This document shows positions 1 to 12,035 of a DNA stretch of 64,000 nucleotides, one piece after another (position 1 is the first letter of the stretch; each line of letters starts with the position of its first letter). The stretch comes from Mytilus californianus (lineage: Eukaryota). The position numbers and the translations under genes are program-made. The notes below the pieces were generated by a model. That model had not been told where the DNA came from and did no database searches. It saw nothing but the letters and a program-made list of their open reading frames with translations. The stretch lies in NCBI RefSeq assembly GCF_021869535.1, contig NW_026262581.1, forward strand, positions 97,092,001 through 97,156,000, written 5' to 3'.

Positions 1-27
1 ATGATATATCACATCCCCTTATTTCAT

Positions 28-430
28 TTATTTAGGTGTTTTACAAGTTCTCTTCAAGTTCTTACCAATATCTCCTAAATAACTAGCTAGTAACACAACT
101 GCCGTCTTTTCGTTTCCATCTAGTACACGTGTATTGTTCTCTGCAGCAGTGAGTAACTGAATTCCTTTGCTGAATATATCAGTAAACTTTAATAACAAAG
201 GAACTTCATGATTTTCTGCTATTTCTACAATGTTACACTTTGCGCTCGTAAAGGAATAGTTTTGTGATGCGTTGCAATCACTAATTTTCAAAATAGCAAA
301 GTTTGCATAGTCAAAGAGCGATTGTTCTACGCAAGCATACTTCGCAAGCACTTTCATACAGTTCTCAAATCGTCCAGTGTCGCAGGTACTGCGCCTTTTC
401 TTCGGATTCGGTTCTGTCATTCTCAGAGAT
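28..430 (-). CDS. Possible coding exon of an unidentified gene
   Basis: 130-codon open frame in AT-rich DNA, preceded on the minus strand by a plausible acceptor (cacgttttag|atctctgagaATG); no recognisable domain. Confidence 0.35.
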
Positions 431-592
431 CTAAAACGTGTAGGGGAACGAAACTATATTTATCCTCATAAATACAAAAAATTTACAAAACGCGTAAATA
501 TTACGAATAGGAGTCAGATAGAGTGTCTCACTATTATAAGCTGAAAAGCGTAGGAAGAAAGTATTACACCTCGTTTCACATATAATAGAATC

Positions 593-643
593 CAGGCGCG
601 GATCCAGCCGATTTTTAAAAGGGAGGGTTCCAACACATACAAG
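593..643 (+). mobile_element. Truncated end of the CAGGGGCGGATCCAG MITE family
   Basis: caggcgcggatccagccgatttttaaaagggagggttcc resembles the left end of the complete copy at 24307-24477. Confidence 0.45.
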
Positions 644-1133
644 GCATATAAGGTGTCCAACCGTATGTCCCTATACAAAGGCATTAGTTTATATAACCCG
701 AATAATTCAGTCGTATTTTCCGCTGATCTACGAAGGCTGCATTTTCCCCTTCCGAAAATGCATCTAAGAGTTTCTGATCATCTAAATTTTCCAAGTTTTG
801 ATGAGTGAACGCCATCATACAACTGAATTTGCCGGAAAAGGATTTGATCAAAAATGAACACCCCATCCCGGCGAAAAGAATTAATATAGTCTTCTTTCCG
901 AAGCCTTGAATTTTGTATGTTCCCCTTTCTCAGATTAAATTCATTTAACAGATAATAGTTTCAATGAATAAAAAAAAAAAATCAAAATTGCAAAAGGATC
1001 TGACACTGAAAAAGCTAATGTGCTAGATCCGACTGGCCTGTCGACAACAAAGTGATGACTAACAGACGGACGGAAGAACTTCAACTGAAGGACAGGTTGA
1101 AAACATTACACCCTCCAGAACCTCGTTACTGAG

Positions 1134-1400
1134 TTAGTAAGTAAGTAAGTGTTATTTAAAGTCAGCATTTATATATACATAGTAACAGTTACTGAGGCTA
1201 TTATAAGACAGATGAATACGATCCTCAAAGTAAAATTAAAGTTATTATATGATATATATCCTGATATAACCTTCGGAAAGATAAGAAAGGTTGTCATGCT
1301 GAATCACGTGTGTGTGTCATCAAGGATTTGCCGGTATAGTAAGACTATACAAATCCTTGGTGTCATCAATACGAAGGGAAAAAAAAGATAAATTTAGTAA
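1134..1400 (-). mobile_element. Probable 3' remnant of a non-LTR element with (CTTA)n tail
   Basis: (GTAA)n run at ~1136-1150 and a long imperfect hairpin at 1321-1359; no coding remnant recognised. Confidence 0.3.
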
Positions 1401-3418
1401 TTAATTTTTGCATTGGTGTAAGTACAAACTTGAAAAATGTTTCTTGAACAGAATTGTTTGAAACCACGATCATGTGTGAGTAAAAGAACAAAGATAAACA
1501 CTGACAAAAACCAACCGCGAACACCACCCCTTCAAAAGGGTGCACAAGCTAAAATATCTCCTTCTGCATTTGTGATATTTAATAAAAATTAAAAGTCTTC
1601 AAGATCAAGGTCTTCCTACATTATTACATAAACAACATTATCAATGGTCCATTAAAATGAAGTCAATGTCAGATGGACACACACTCTCGATCATTCTTAA
1701 CTAGGCACAAAACTATACTTTATCAATTGCTTACAGTACCTGATAAACCAACTTTATCACTCAGGAAATGCTAATGTGACCAATGGACCATGCAATTGGG
1801 TTAAAGTCCTGCTGCACCTTACAATCAATTGTAGAAATTAACACAATCACGAAAAGTTGACCAATGAACTGAGAAAATGAGATAAAGGTCAGATGAGCTC
1901 TGACAGATAGACAGGTATACTAATGGACGTCATGGACGCGAAAAACCATCAATATCCAACCAAAATCCGACTTAAATTTGGGTTCACTACAATTCTCCTA
2001 ATTTTCTATTAAAGTACATTATATTAAAAAAAAATAACCAATTAAAATCTTTCAACGCGGCATTTTCGCTAAAACATTTTTTTCACGCCACGCAAAAAGG
2101 AGATTTTCAAAATTCTCTCATAAACACTAAATAGAACCAAGATCTCGAACTGAAGTAAATATAATAAAGCATTTTAAAGATTACTAAATAATTGAAAGCA
2201 TAAAATACAAGTCTAGTTTATCAAATTTATATCAACGAGACAATAATTTCTGTCCACAAAAAGCTATGTACTATATCTACAGAAATAATAAAGGTTTGGA
2301 TAGTTAATTTTATTCAAAAATCATAATTTATAGAATTTTCGTATAATTTAACAATTCATTTCGTATATTACTTTTTAACTGACACTCGAAAAGAACATGT
2401 TACGAGTATAAAGTATGGACCAAAATAAAAATTTATATGCGGTGATCCTACCAGTTATATGATTAGTTTAAATATTAATTCTCTCATTAATGTAAATTGA
2501 ATCATTAAAAAAGTAAATTATTTGTTAGAATAATATTAATAAAAACAAGATGGCGCATTGAGTAGTTGTATAGTAAGAGCACTCCCACAAAGTTTTAACT
2601 TTTACTTGTTTTAATTCACATTTACGTCTTAAAACAGTATAGTAACATCACCCACTCATTACGTATCCTGTTTTTCCGGTTAGTGATTCCTGCCAAACAT
2701 TTTTAGTGGATTTTATGAACATTTTTTTTTATAGTTTTATAGCGACAAGCATGGATAGTTTTACCGGTTTATCGTTTTACAGATATATTTTATTATTATA
2801 GTTAAACAGGAATACTACATACACGCACTGTCCTACATCAATCATATTATTATTGAACTAAAACCATTTTGTGTTGCCATACGATTTAATAAGAAATTCA
2901 ACTTCCACCTGAAATTGGCTGAAAACTACTCACAACGCCGGACGGCGGCCATTTAATATGGCAATTATTTAATTTGATAGAAGAATATTTCCATACAACT
3001 ACAACCTTATAAGCATTTATCAATATATTCGAATGTGCATTTGGCTTCTTCAAAAACAATTTGTACAACAATTTCCGAAGAATCAACTTAACCAAAAGGT
3101 AATTTGACAAGTATAAAACCATTCATACTTTCTCGCTCTCTACGAACGGATTGCAGTAACTACCTTGTAACCGCTTTATATAATCATCATAATAATAATC
3201 ATCATATTAACATTTGCTTCACGTGCTAGTAAATCTGATATTTCCTGCTTGACTGTGTAGAATAGTGTGATTATAGCGTAAATTTTTATGTGTATATATT
3301 TGCTGTGTATATAACATTTTAACAATATTACTACGAGCAGATATTTCAAATAACTACTTTGTGTATGCTATCACTGACAAACCGTATACCTCTACTATAA
3401 CTTAACTGATACACATAC

Positions 3419-4146
3419 ATGTCTATACTGCAAATTAAAAAACAGACAAGCAAACGTATAGCTGAAGAATCCAATTTAGATCAAAGTCTATCAACCGGAA
3501 ATATATCTTATCACAGACAGTAAAGGCAACTATATTAAACCTGTGATACCAGGGTGGTTTAGATCCTCTTTTCATATATTCTCTGAAAACGGTGCGACTA
3601 TGCATTCAAACATAGTCAACACAACTGTACGAAACATACAAACAGCCACAAATCCCATAGTATTTCTCTGGTTTGGTACATGTGAGATATCCAAAAAAAA
3701 AAGGTAGATTTTCAGACATCATCAATCATCCCTATCAATCTATTGAACAAATCTTAACGGAGTAAAGAACTGTGAAAAACAACATACTCCTTGCCAATCC
3801 ATCCGCCACTGTTATAGCAATTGATTGCCCATATTTCTCAATCTGTATCTGGAATCAATCTCGAGGTTTTCAATTCAATACTGACAGTACAGTTCGATAC
3901 AAGGATACTGATACCAAATTAAAATCTGCTATCGATTATTTCAACCAACTGTTAACTCACCTCAATAGAAACGCATCGGTACCACATATTGCTCAAGACC
4001 AAGTTATTTCATCAAAACAACGTCGGCGATCCAGAACACAATATAAAATCAGCTTCATTGACGGTATACACCCAAAACGTCCTATTTCACGCCTCTGGCT
4101 ACACCGATTTGTTAAGTTAGCAAGAAACCTCAGAAACAACCAGTGA
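3419..4146 (+). pseudogene. Disrupted SGNH/GDSL hydrolase (esterase)-like ORF of retroelement type
   Basis: Four SGNH blocks in order: YLITDSKG (3504-3527), GAT (3591-3599), LWFGTCE (3666-3686), DGIHP (4060-4074). One frameshift in an A10 run (3693-3702) and one in-frame TAA (3763-3765); the N-terminal ATG needs a further frameshift. Confidence 0.7.
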
Positions 4147-4550
4147 ACAAGGGAAGCCCTATTCACTGTCTATTCTGTTCTACTTGTTATATATATGAAG
4201 AGGATATTCCCATGAATACGTACTACAATCATACATGTATGTGATTTATATTTTGATTTTAATATTTGGAATATTTTAAAGAATCGATTCTCACCACAGA
4301 AATATTTTAATAGCTGTATAATCCATTTCTACAAGGAAATATTTTTAGTTCATACAATTTCCGTTGTATTCCATCTACTTTTTACCTACAACATATTAAT
4401 CAAAAACGAAAGGTACAACACTATATGAATACGGGAAGCCCTGTTCAATACATAGTGTACCATATTAAATAACACGAAGGAAATTTAATCGGATATCTCA
4501 ATTCTAATAAAGAGTATACTGGACACACAGAGATTACATATTATTTGAAT

Positions 4551-7092
4551 ATGGCGGCCTCGATTGCCTTGACAAAACCAGCTAGGAGAGTTACTCCGAG
4601 AGATGTTTACACACCAAGTCAGAAATGAACATGAACTATAGATTAAACGAACGAAAAGCATTGTTTAAAAAAGTAGAGGCAACCAAAAGAGACCTGAATG
4701 TCGAAATTCAGCTGAAACGAGGCACGCTTATCATGACCTATAGCCCAGCTGCTTTTGAAATATACAAACAAGCAATATATAATTATTATGATAATAGTAC
4801 AGCAAAATCATATACTAGAATAGATAAAACAAGCAATAGCTCTGAGAAAGGCTATTGTTGATCTCTTTCTGTAAAGTATAAAAACAGCGGTGATAGGCGA
4901 CAGCAATACCGAATTAACATGTCCAACACCACAAGCAAGATGGACATTAACGGCCGATCTTACCAAACATTTATAGAACAAGATCTACCACAAATAATCA
5001 AAACAATCAAATTGGACTGGGTAGACGAAATGAACTCGAAAATAATGGAATTATACGAGGCTGTCATCGCAAACCTAGATACAGGTAGCACGAAAATAGA
5101 AATCCACAACAACAATGATCCAAACTCTGAAATACCAAACAAGAATGAGAGTCCAAATAATAAGAAAAAAAACGTGAATCAAAAGGCAATCAAAACTCTT
5201 CACACAGATGTAGTTTGTGCTGTAGCCCAATATAACAAATCACCAAGTAACATTAGCATTGCAAATACGTCAGAAATTCATTGTCCTATATGTAAAAAGA
5301 ATCTCGTCAATGGTGACTCCATAGAACGTTGTACTTGTAACATGTGGATCCATAAGGAATGCTCAAACCTATCAGACAAACAATTCAAGAAACAAACAAG
5401 CAATGAAAACATGGTATACAAGTGTGCGTTATGTGACAATTTGGATCTTGATCCTAATGAAAATAGTATGTTTATTTCTGAAATGGATATCGACAAAGAA
5501 GGTACATATACACCTCTAGATCTCTCGATCGACAATAGTGAAGATAGCACTACCATAGAAAAAAATCCTTATAACTCAAGTAGCACGCTTTATGAAACAA
5601 ACTTAGAACCAAAAGCAAGAAAATCTGACCAATGTAATGACTATGGAAATGCTCCATCAGAACAAGACGAAGCATATAATTATAGATAATGAAACAAACA
5701 TTAAAACAATTCACAGACATCCACCAACAGAGATAGAGAAAAGTGTAATAGTTATAAGCACACTCAATGATGAGACATGTGTAAAATCAGCTATTATAGA
5801 AACACCAAAAGTAAAAGGAAAGAGCCTAGCTAGTGAAAAAACAAAAGTAAAATCTGTACCTGTATGACACTCGCCAACAGTGAAAGTGCCAAGCGTTACA
5901 ACTGACACACAACAAACTCCAAATGCACAAGTCTACCAAAAAAGTAAGAACAAAAAAGACCAAGAAAAAAGACACCAAGACGAACAGATTGCAGCATTTA
6001 AAGCGAGAATTATAAAGCTCGAAGAACAAAACAAAGATTTCTCAAATACAATAAATCTACTTCATAAGAAAAGGTGCATATCAACAGCTGAGGAAAAGGC
6101 GAATTTGCTTCAACCACACAATGATGAACAGATGCATAACTTGAACTACAGAATGCAAAAACTTGAGGACACAGTGTCAAATAAGTTAAATATCATGAAT
6201 ATAGAGAACTATAGGTTACATATGCATGAGCTCAATATGAAGCACCTGATAGAGATCAATGAATTAAAGACAATAAATAACACTCCTTCTCATGGACATG
6301 AACAACAAACAACAACTGTCAATCGGCCATCAGCTCAATAGACACATTACTATTCCAATGCACCACCTGCGATGCAAAACGTGCACAGCTACCATCAAAA
6401 TCTGAGGACATCAGGATACATAAATGTACTACCACAAAATTTGTACAATCAAATTCCGAGACCTCCACCATATGTACATCCAGGATTTATTAGACCAGCA
6501 GCGCCAGTAATAAGACAACAGATGATTACGCCAATGTTACACCAACATAATATGAAACCTCTTATGCAAGAGCAAAGCAATGAACAACAATACGTTTATT
6601 ATACTAGTCAGCAGACAAGAAATCCTACATCCCAAGCAAGGAGCAGCCATTTAATAAACCAATCATACGACAAATGCCAAGTATTATAATGATAATAGAC
6701 ATCTTAATCTAACAGCTAAACACAGCACTGACAACATACATGTAGCTTGTCAATCACATAAGAACATCCAACATAATGATGAGAGTGTTGTACACAATGG
6801 AGTGGCTAAAGAGACCACACAGGAGGGACCGCAACAAAGTTCCCAACTTAGAGAAAATGATACCAAAAAGAGCAAACAGGAAGGACCTAAGAATGAACTC
6901 CAATATGAAACCAGGCAACCAATTGCATCTGGAATAGAAAAAGTAGAAGCAACAGCTAAGAATCATTTAAAAATAGCAAATATTCATAAAGACAATAAAT
7001 CAAATACAGGAAATAGTCAAAATAACAAAGAGTATTTTTTAGAACATGGCCGAGCCTCGACCAACAAGGGAACGAAAAGGAGATCGTTATAG
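4551..7092 (+). pseudogene. LINE ORF1 (PHD finger, coiled coil, Gln/Pro-rich tail), frameshifted
   Basis: Starts MAASIALTKP at 4551; track ORFs 4625, 4919, 5637, 5880, 6372 and 6802 join by frameshifts; PHD-like CPIC...CTC..WIHKEC...CALC at 5282-5434; coiled coil FKARIIKLEEQNKDFSNTINLL. Confidence 0.8.
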
Positions 7093-8378
7093 AAACACTC
7101 AATGTACAAAACGCAATCTCAAATCAGCTATATTTGAATCAAGTTTTAAAAAAGTGTGACATTTTATGCATACAGGAGCATTGGCTTTATTACTTTGAAA
7201 AAAATAAATAGAATGAATTATCACCTATACATAATGTTGAAGCCAAGTCTGTTGATGACAGAACAGACACAGAAATTTTTATCAAAAACAGAGGTTATGG
7301 AGGAGTTGCCGTTTTTTGGAGAAATGATCTGGACCATGCTATTAAATTTATGCCATATGGAAATGAAAGAACAACAGTTTTACTTTTTAACATTAAAGAG
7401 AGACCATTATGCATTATCAATACCTATATGCCGTCAGAGAACAAAGATAGTGACGAACAATATAAAGATAATTTATCTCAACTAGAAGAAATAATCGACA
7501 AATATCAGAAAGAATACCATATAATAATTTGTGGAGACATGAACGCTTCTCTCAATAGGGACAACAGACCGAGAGACTCAACCTTTAGAAAATTTCAAGA
7601 TGAGAATCAACTACTAGTAGCAGAAAATTTTCCAAACAAAAACACGTTCTACCATCATAATGGACTATACAAATCTCAGATAGATTACTTTCTACACAAG
7701 CGCAATTTTGGACCGCTAGATTATAAAGTCAAAATTTTAGACATGGAACCACTTAATGTCTCTGATCATACAATGGTATATGCAGTTATGCAAACAGAAG
7801 TTATAAGAACAACGAGAAAAACGGCAAAAGTAATTAAAAAGCCAAACTTTGAAAAGATGCGACAAGAACAGTTATCAGGCCTCCATCTTGAAAAGCCTCG
7901 ATGAAATTAACATTCACAAACTTAGGTCATCGGCAGAAAAATAGAAAAATTAACAAACATATTGCATACAGCGGGAAAAGAAGCCATACCGAATTACAGG
8001 ATACTGGTAATTTCAAAAACAGTTGGAAATGGAATTTGGAACGACGAAATTAGTCTGGCCTCAAAACATTCCAAAATATTTTTTTACGAATGGAAATCAG
8101 ATAGGCAAAACACAGGGAAAAAGCAGGAAATAGTAAAAGCTAAAAGACTATTAAGAAGTGCGCTACGAAGGGCTAATGCATCTCGTAAAAACTCCTTCAC
8201 AGAGAAAATTATGATGGCTTCTAAATATGACAACAAGCTATTCCATCAGCTTATACAAAATCAAAGAGGTGTCAAGAAAGTAACCACAGACATAATGAGT
8301 TTTGATACAAAAGAACAGACAGAACCTGAAGATATACTGGCAGGGTGGAAAAACTACTTCGAAGATCTGTATAAAAAT

Positions 8379-9585
8379 TAGGGATATCAACTCGACAAAA
8401 TATACTAATCGAGTACTCGTTGGATTTACCGAGCGATACTCGAGTACTCGCTCGGTAAAACGTTTACAAAATGGAAACACAAAATTATACCCATTTTATG
8501 TATTGTGGGTCGTTGTCATATGAACGTAAAACCCTCAACACAATTACATAGGACAAGAAAATAGTCTAAGGAATTTTATACCGTAATTAATAGCTCATTA
8601 GATTTACTACGTGCACTAATTATGTAAACTGGCAATAATCTAATCAAGTAATTAATTAATATATATAGAAAAATAATTACTCAAACATCATTTTGGGAAC
8701 CTTAAAAAATACACATTTAATGATTTTCTGAGGGTAGACGCAGGAAGCAACGAATTTGTTCTTATTTAAAAATATTATCTTGTCAACTTTTTCTGGGACG
8801 ATGCGATTTCTCAACTTTGTTAGATAACTAACAGACCTAATGATGAAAATATATGCTCTGACGATACAGAGGTGGTGGGATAATTAAGACACGTTTAGCT
8901 CAAGGATGTACTTAAGTGAAATTTAAAAAATCAATAATTAAAAATTGACACTTTACGTTGAAAGAACATTAGTTAAGGAACAAAATAAGCTAAAATTGTT
9001 GATAGGTTATGGAGCTCCTTTAGAGCTATTTGAGTTTTAAAAAATGGCGGGAAAGGGCTGACTAGGACTTTTACCTCTATATTTGCATTGGTATTATTTG
9101 GGTCTCAAATCGAAAGAAAAGAAATCAAATATCTGCTTAAATTTTGGTAAATGACCTTTAGCGAGATATCTAAGCCTTATACGAACAGAAAAATGGGTGT
9201 TATGAGGCAAAATATTTTACCTTGTATCGTAGAAAAAAAACCAAGGAGTCCGAACATCTGACACAAATTCCAAAGCCTCACCTTAGTACATCCTTAAAGT
9301 GTAAGCCTTGGAAAGGTGCTCTTGTTCATCGCCTGCCTATGTTTTGAGGAATTTTAAATGACAGTTAAACGCAAACATTCGAATCGTATTTTAAGTTTTA
9401 TTTATTTTGATTAATATTTAATTTCCCGGGAGCCGCTCTAAATAAAAAAAAAATGTTTAAGCTTAAGTAAGCAACAACATTCTAACAGAAAATCGATTAG
9501 TCGAGTATTATTTTGGTAATCGATACTCGGTACTACCGAGCGATACTCGAGTACTTGAGTACTCGAGTACTCGTTGACATCCCTA
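8379..9585. mobile_element. Non-autonomous hAT-type DNA transposon inserted in LINE ORF2
   Basis: TIRs TAGGGATATCAAC / GTTGACATCCCTA; perfect 8-bp TSD ATAAAAAT (8371-8378, 9586-9593); subterminal CGAGTACTCG repeats; removal restores EDLYKN-HNTDDETYY. Confidence 0.9.
8904..9293. mobile_element. Kolobok-like MITE nested inside the hAT element
   Basis: Inverted ends GGATGTACTTAAGTGA / TCACCTTAGTACATCC; flanks TCAA (8900-8903) and TTAA (9294-9297); GG termini with TTAA target suggest Kolobok. Confidence 0.65.
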
Positions 9586-11972
9586 ATAAAAATCACAATA
9601 CGGACGATGAAACTTATTACAACAACGAAAGGTTTATTCTTGCCTCTATGCAGAATGAAATTATTGAGCAAATAGTAACCATTAGGAATGAAGAAATAAA
9701 ACAAACAAATGAAGAGGAAGTAAAACTATCTATTTAAAAGCTAAAAACTGGAAAGAGTCCAGGATCCGATGGAATATCAGCTGAACACCTAAAAAATATG
9801 CCAGTTGAACTACTACAATACATCATTAACATCATTAACCTCATTTACACAGAAAAGGATTTCCCTTCTACACCGAAAGAAGGTGTGTTAACTCCTGCAC
9901 TGAAGAGTGGAAAAGATAAGATGTATCCTGAAAACTACAGAGGCATTACGGTGACAAACTCCTTCTCCACATTGATTGAAAGTATACTTAAAGACAGAAT
10001 AGAACCCAAGCTTCTACCACAACAAAGTAAACTTCAACGTGGATTTACCGAAAAATAATCATCCTCACTAAATGCAGCCTTCATTGTAACTCAATGTGTA
10101 GACTACTACAAAGAAATACTTGTACAACTTGTTCTCTTGACATTAGATGCTCAAAAAGCCTTTGACAAATTAAATCACGAAATACTGTTTAATAAACTGT
10201 ACCACGATGGCATAATTGGAAACACCTGGATTCTATTGAAAAACATGTATAAAAACGTTACAGTTAAAGTTAAATGGGATAATACTATGTCACAGCAATT
10301 TATTCAGAGACAAGGAGTAAGACAAGGAGCAAAGCTTTCCACTATACTCTACAAAAGATACAACAACAACATCTTAGAGGCTTTGGATAGAGCTGATTTA
10401 GGGACAACAATAGGCAACATAAGTGTATTGGCACCAACTTGCGCTGACGACATAGCGCTACTAGCTAGTCATAAGCATGAGATACAATCTTTATTAGATA
10501 TTGTACATGATACCACAAAGAAAGACCTTGTCACAATTAATCCAAACAAGTCAGATCTAGTGCCGTTAACACCAAAATGTGAGAACTTCAGCTTGAAAAT
10601 GATAAAATTGAGCAAAAGTCAGAAACAAAACATCTAGGACTAGCCAGAGACTCCAAAAATAAGTTAAACATTGAAGATAGTTTAAAATCAGCAAGAAAAA
10701 CTGTCCACGCAATGCTAGGACCAGGCCTTCATGCATGTAAAGGAATGTCACCAGTCGTTGCACTTAAAACATGGCAAACATATGCAATTCCAAGATGCTT
10801 GTATGGTATAGAGATTATGAACTACACAAAAACTGACATTCAAAAGCTAGAAAGATTACAGCTACAAGTTTGTAGACAAATACAGAGACTGCCAAACAGA
10901 ACAGCTGCCACCTATGCTTTGCTTGGGGTAGAGCCAATACAAACAACCGTCGATCGTCTTGCTCTTACTTTTTTCGGAGGCATTATTCAGGATCGTACTA
11001 GCATAGAATTTGCGATCATAGAAAGGCAATTATGCATGTCAGCACCAAACAATAATAACTTAGTGAACAGAATAAAAGCCGTTCTGGAAAGATATTGTCT
11101 ACCAAAGACACATGAAATAATGAATAATAAACCACCAAAAGAGACATGGAAAAGAACTATAAAAGAGGCTATAAACATGCACTGGGAGAAACAGTGGTTA
11201 GCAGAAAAAGAAAACAAAACTACAATGCAATATCTAGAAATAAATTTACTACCTATAGGAAGGCCTCATCCCATCTGGCAGCTAGTACCCAATACAACAA
11301 TTGAAGTAAAAAAGGCAGAAATCAAAGCGAGGTTAATTACAAGAACCTACACCTTACAATCATATCGCGCAAAATTTACAAAGGATCGAGAAGACGACAA
11401 GTGCTTGCTATGTGAAACAAACCGTGAAGATACAAATCACTTTCTGCTAATGTGTCCGGCCCTAAAGACAGAGCGAGATAGACATTTATCAGTTCTAAAA
11501 TCCTATGTGCGTAATAACACACCGCTTGGAACATATGATAAGATAGAGGCACAAGGATCGCTTATACAATTTATCCTAGATCCATCTGCAACCAAATTTA
11601 ATGAGCTTTTCAAACTAAAGAAACCAAATATAAGGATATTGAAGATATTGAAGCAATAGCAAGAACCTTGTGTTACAGCCTGCATATAAGATGTACCATT
11701 TTAAATCAGACCAAGCCTTAACTGGACTACTAGTATTATATAAGGTCAGATTATAATAAAAGTGACAATTTTAAGTAACAGATATTTGTGAAAGACATGT
11801 TTCAAGAGAGATTGTACAAAGAACGAATTTTACAGAAGTGACCAGTGCAACACACTTTAATATGTATACATTGTACAGTGCCGATGGTGTTTATACGGGT
11901 GATGGTGCTACTAACAGTAAGTTAAAACTAAGTCCCTGTAAATAATCATATATGTAATAATGTATAAACGTA

Positions 11973-12035
11973 TCCTTCGGGAGTGCTCCTTAGATAGGAG
12001 GAACCTACCAGTAAACAGTAAACAGTAAACAGTAA
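11973..12035 (+). repeat. LINE 3' terminus: two hairpins plus (CAGTAAA)n tail
   Basis: TCC-TTCG-GGA (11973-11982), CTCCT-TAGAT-AGGAG (11986-12000), CAGTAAA x3.9 (12009-12035). Confidence 0.8.

Larger units (their letters stand above)
7080..11721 (+). pseudogene. LINE ORF2 (APE endonuclease, reverse transcriptase, CCHC), disrupted
   Basis: ETLNVQN..DILCIQEHWL, GYGGVA, ICGDMNASL, SQIDYF, VSDH; KSPGSDGI, NYRGIT, LDAQKAFD, QGVRQG, CADD; ends LCYSLHIRCTILNQTKP* after a frameshift; several stops/frameshifts and a 1.2-kb insertion. Confidence 0.92.
4500..12035 (+). mobile_element. Near-full-length decayed non-LTR retrotransposon (LINE), RTEX-like
   Basis: ORF1 with PHD finger, ORF2 with APE endonuclease, RT (QGVRQG, PTCADD) and C-terminal CLLC..HFLLMC zinc knuckle with no RNase H; 3' hairpins and (CAGTAAA)n tail. 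5' boundary approximate; clade is inference. Confidence 0.9.

Noticed and set aside
4480-4550. Target-site duplication for the large LINE
   Set aside because: Only weak similarity (gacacacagag..tacat versus gacacgagtacat); not convincing, so the 5' boundary is left approximate
4960-11685. Minus-strand hydrophobic ORFs within the LINE
   Set aside because: Antisense shadows of A-rich ORF1/ORF2; no independent features
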